A stretch of DNA of 64,000 bases, from positions 1,922,001 to 1,986,000 of the forward strand of contig NC_042998.1 of the NCBI RefSeq assembly GCF_006345805.1, in the 5' to 3' direction. Made by a program: the position numbers and the translations under genes. Origin of the DNA: Octopus sinensis. Taxonomy: Eukaryota. Shown here one piece after another: positions 62,639 to 64,000 of this stretch; positions within the stretch are counted from its first letter, which is position 1; every line of letters starts with the position of its first letter. Under the pieces are notes generated by a model. That model ran no database searches, was not told where the DNA came from, and saw only the letters and a program-made list of their open reading frames with translations.

Positions 62639-63569
62639 GTAAGGTTTGCAAGGGATGCATTTCATTGTTCTATTGTGAAACCTTGAATTTATACCCAACA
62701 TCATCTCATAATCATCATTTTAACATCCACTTTTCCATGCTTGTATGGGTCAAACAGTCTACCGAGGCAGATTATTTTTACAGCTGGATGCCCTTCTTGT
62801 TACCATCCTGTTTAGAAGGTAATATTTTACCGTGGCCAGACATGTCCTTGCAGAATATTGGAAATGAATGTCTCTACCTGTATGACAGTGACAAGCATTT
62901 TACAACTATCACACAATGTCAAGACAAGGAGACACAAGCATGCATGCACACAGGCGCACGGGGACACACACACATCTCTTTTAGTTTCCATGTACCAAAT
63001 CCACTAACAAGGTTTTGGCTGGCCAAGGGCTATAGTAGAACTTATTTGCCCACCATGTGGTTGGGAAGCACACTTGTTACCATACGGCCATGCTGGTGCC
63101 TCAGTATTATAAATACATACACAACAATGGATATGAAGTTAAAGTACTGGACTATTGACCACATGGTTAATAAGTTTAGATCTTTTTGTATACTTTTCTG
63201 CTTGTTTCAGTTCACTTGACTGGACAAAATCAGGCCCTAATCCTGCTTCAGCTCAGTAAAGTTTTCAACTGCATCTGGCATGCTAATCTCCTCTCAAAAC
63301 TTCCCACTTATATACCCCAGCTATCTCTCATGTGATGGACTAATTTCATTTTGTCCAGTCGTAGCCAGGGCTGATAGAATTCTTTCTGATCTCCACAAAT
63401 ACTTGAATGTTCGCAGCATTTGATTCCCCCTCCTTCTTTCTTCCTTTTACACATCAGTTACCTACTTGGTGTCACCTCCAACAGCACCCACTCTCACACC
63501 TGACATTACCTTGTATCCTTCACTGAATCTGCAAACAGATACCTTATGAGAGTAGGCTGACCAAAATAC

Positions 63570-64000
63570 TCTAATGGAGGGTGACTAAATGTGATTTATT
63601 TTTCAACATAGTCCCCCTCGTGGTCCATCAATACTGCAGTGCTAGGATCCCATTCGTGAAGATGCTTTCATCCTGTTGGTCAAAAAAGTTATCAACATCA
63701 GATATGTCATCATCACTGTGATGCTGGTTTCCAGCTAAGAGTTTGTTTCGTATTGGGAAACAGCTGATAGTCAGATGGAGTCAAATCAAGAGAATAAGGA
63801 GGGTGGTCAACCAGATCGAAGCCACAGTCATGTACAGCAGCCATTGAAACCAAGGACTTGTGTGCTGAAGCATTGTCATGATGAACAAGGCCTCTTTTAT
63901 CGGTTTTCCTGGGCATAGTAGTCTCCATTGATAGAATGGTCCTTTTTGAAGGTAGCTTTCACTGGATGGAATGTCACTTAGGGTCAAAGTGATGAAGCCA
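63570..64000 (-). mobile_element. Mariner transposase 3' fragment, running off the window edge
   Basis: LVHHDNASAH..HPPYSLDLTPSDYQLF motif. Confidence 0.85.

Noticed and set aside
1-64000. CRISPR arrays, rRNA, intact tRNA genes, prokaryotic operons
   Set aside because: None seen; the sequence is spliceosomal eukaryotic DNA, and tRNA-like stretches are SINE heads or the truncated Trp fragment.

Overview
AT-rich, microsatellite- and transposon-dense eukaryotic DNA. The repeat families suggest an octopus or other coleoid cephalopod (inference, not database-checked). Two divergently oriented host genes are present. (1) RING1/RNF2 (PRC1 E3 ligase) on the minus strand: one 1027-nt first coding exon (ATG 5298, donor at 4271) carrying the RING domain, a long Q/N/H/S low-complexity insert and the start of RAWUL. 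I could not find its next exon in the window. (2) An E4F1 orthologue on the plus strand: 14 coding exons reconstructed by hand (ATG 27923 to 62638, 730 codons in frame, GT-AG throughout), continuing past the right edge. The 22.6-kb gap and the introns hold nested DNA transposons (Tc1, mariner, rosa-like, hAT, piggyBac-like MITEs, Helitrons), several SINE families, RTE LINE fragments and one apparently intact 1055-aa RTE LINE with an internal PHD finger. The best leads are: a ~200-bp palindrome containing two head-to-head minimal hammerhead ribozyme motifs (Penelope-type); a second ~210-bp palindrome in the same intron; a duplicated splice acceptor in a zinc-finger linker; a candidate recursive-splice exon; and a CCA-ended tRNA-Trp fragment inside a MITE. 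All alignments were done by eye, and approximate repeat boundaries may be off by tens of bases.
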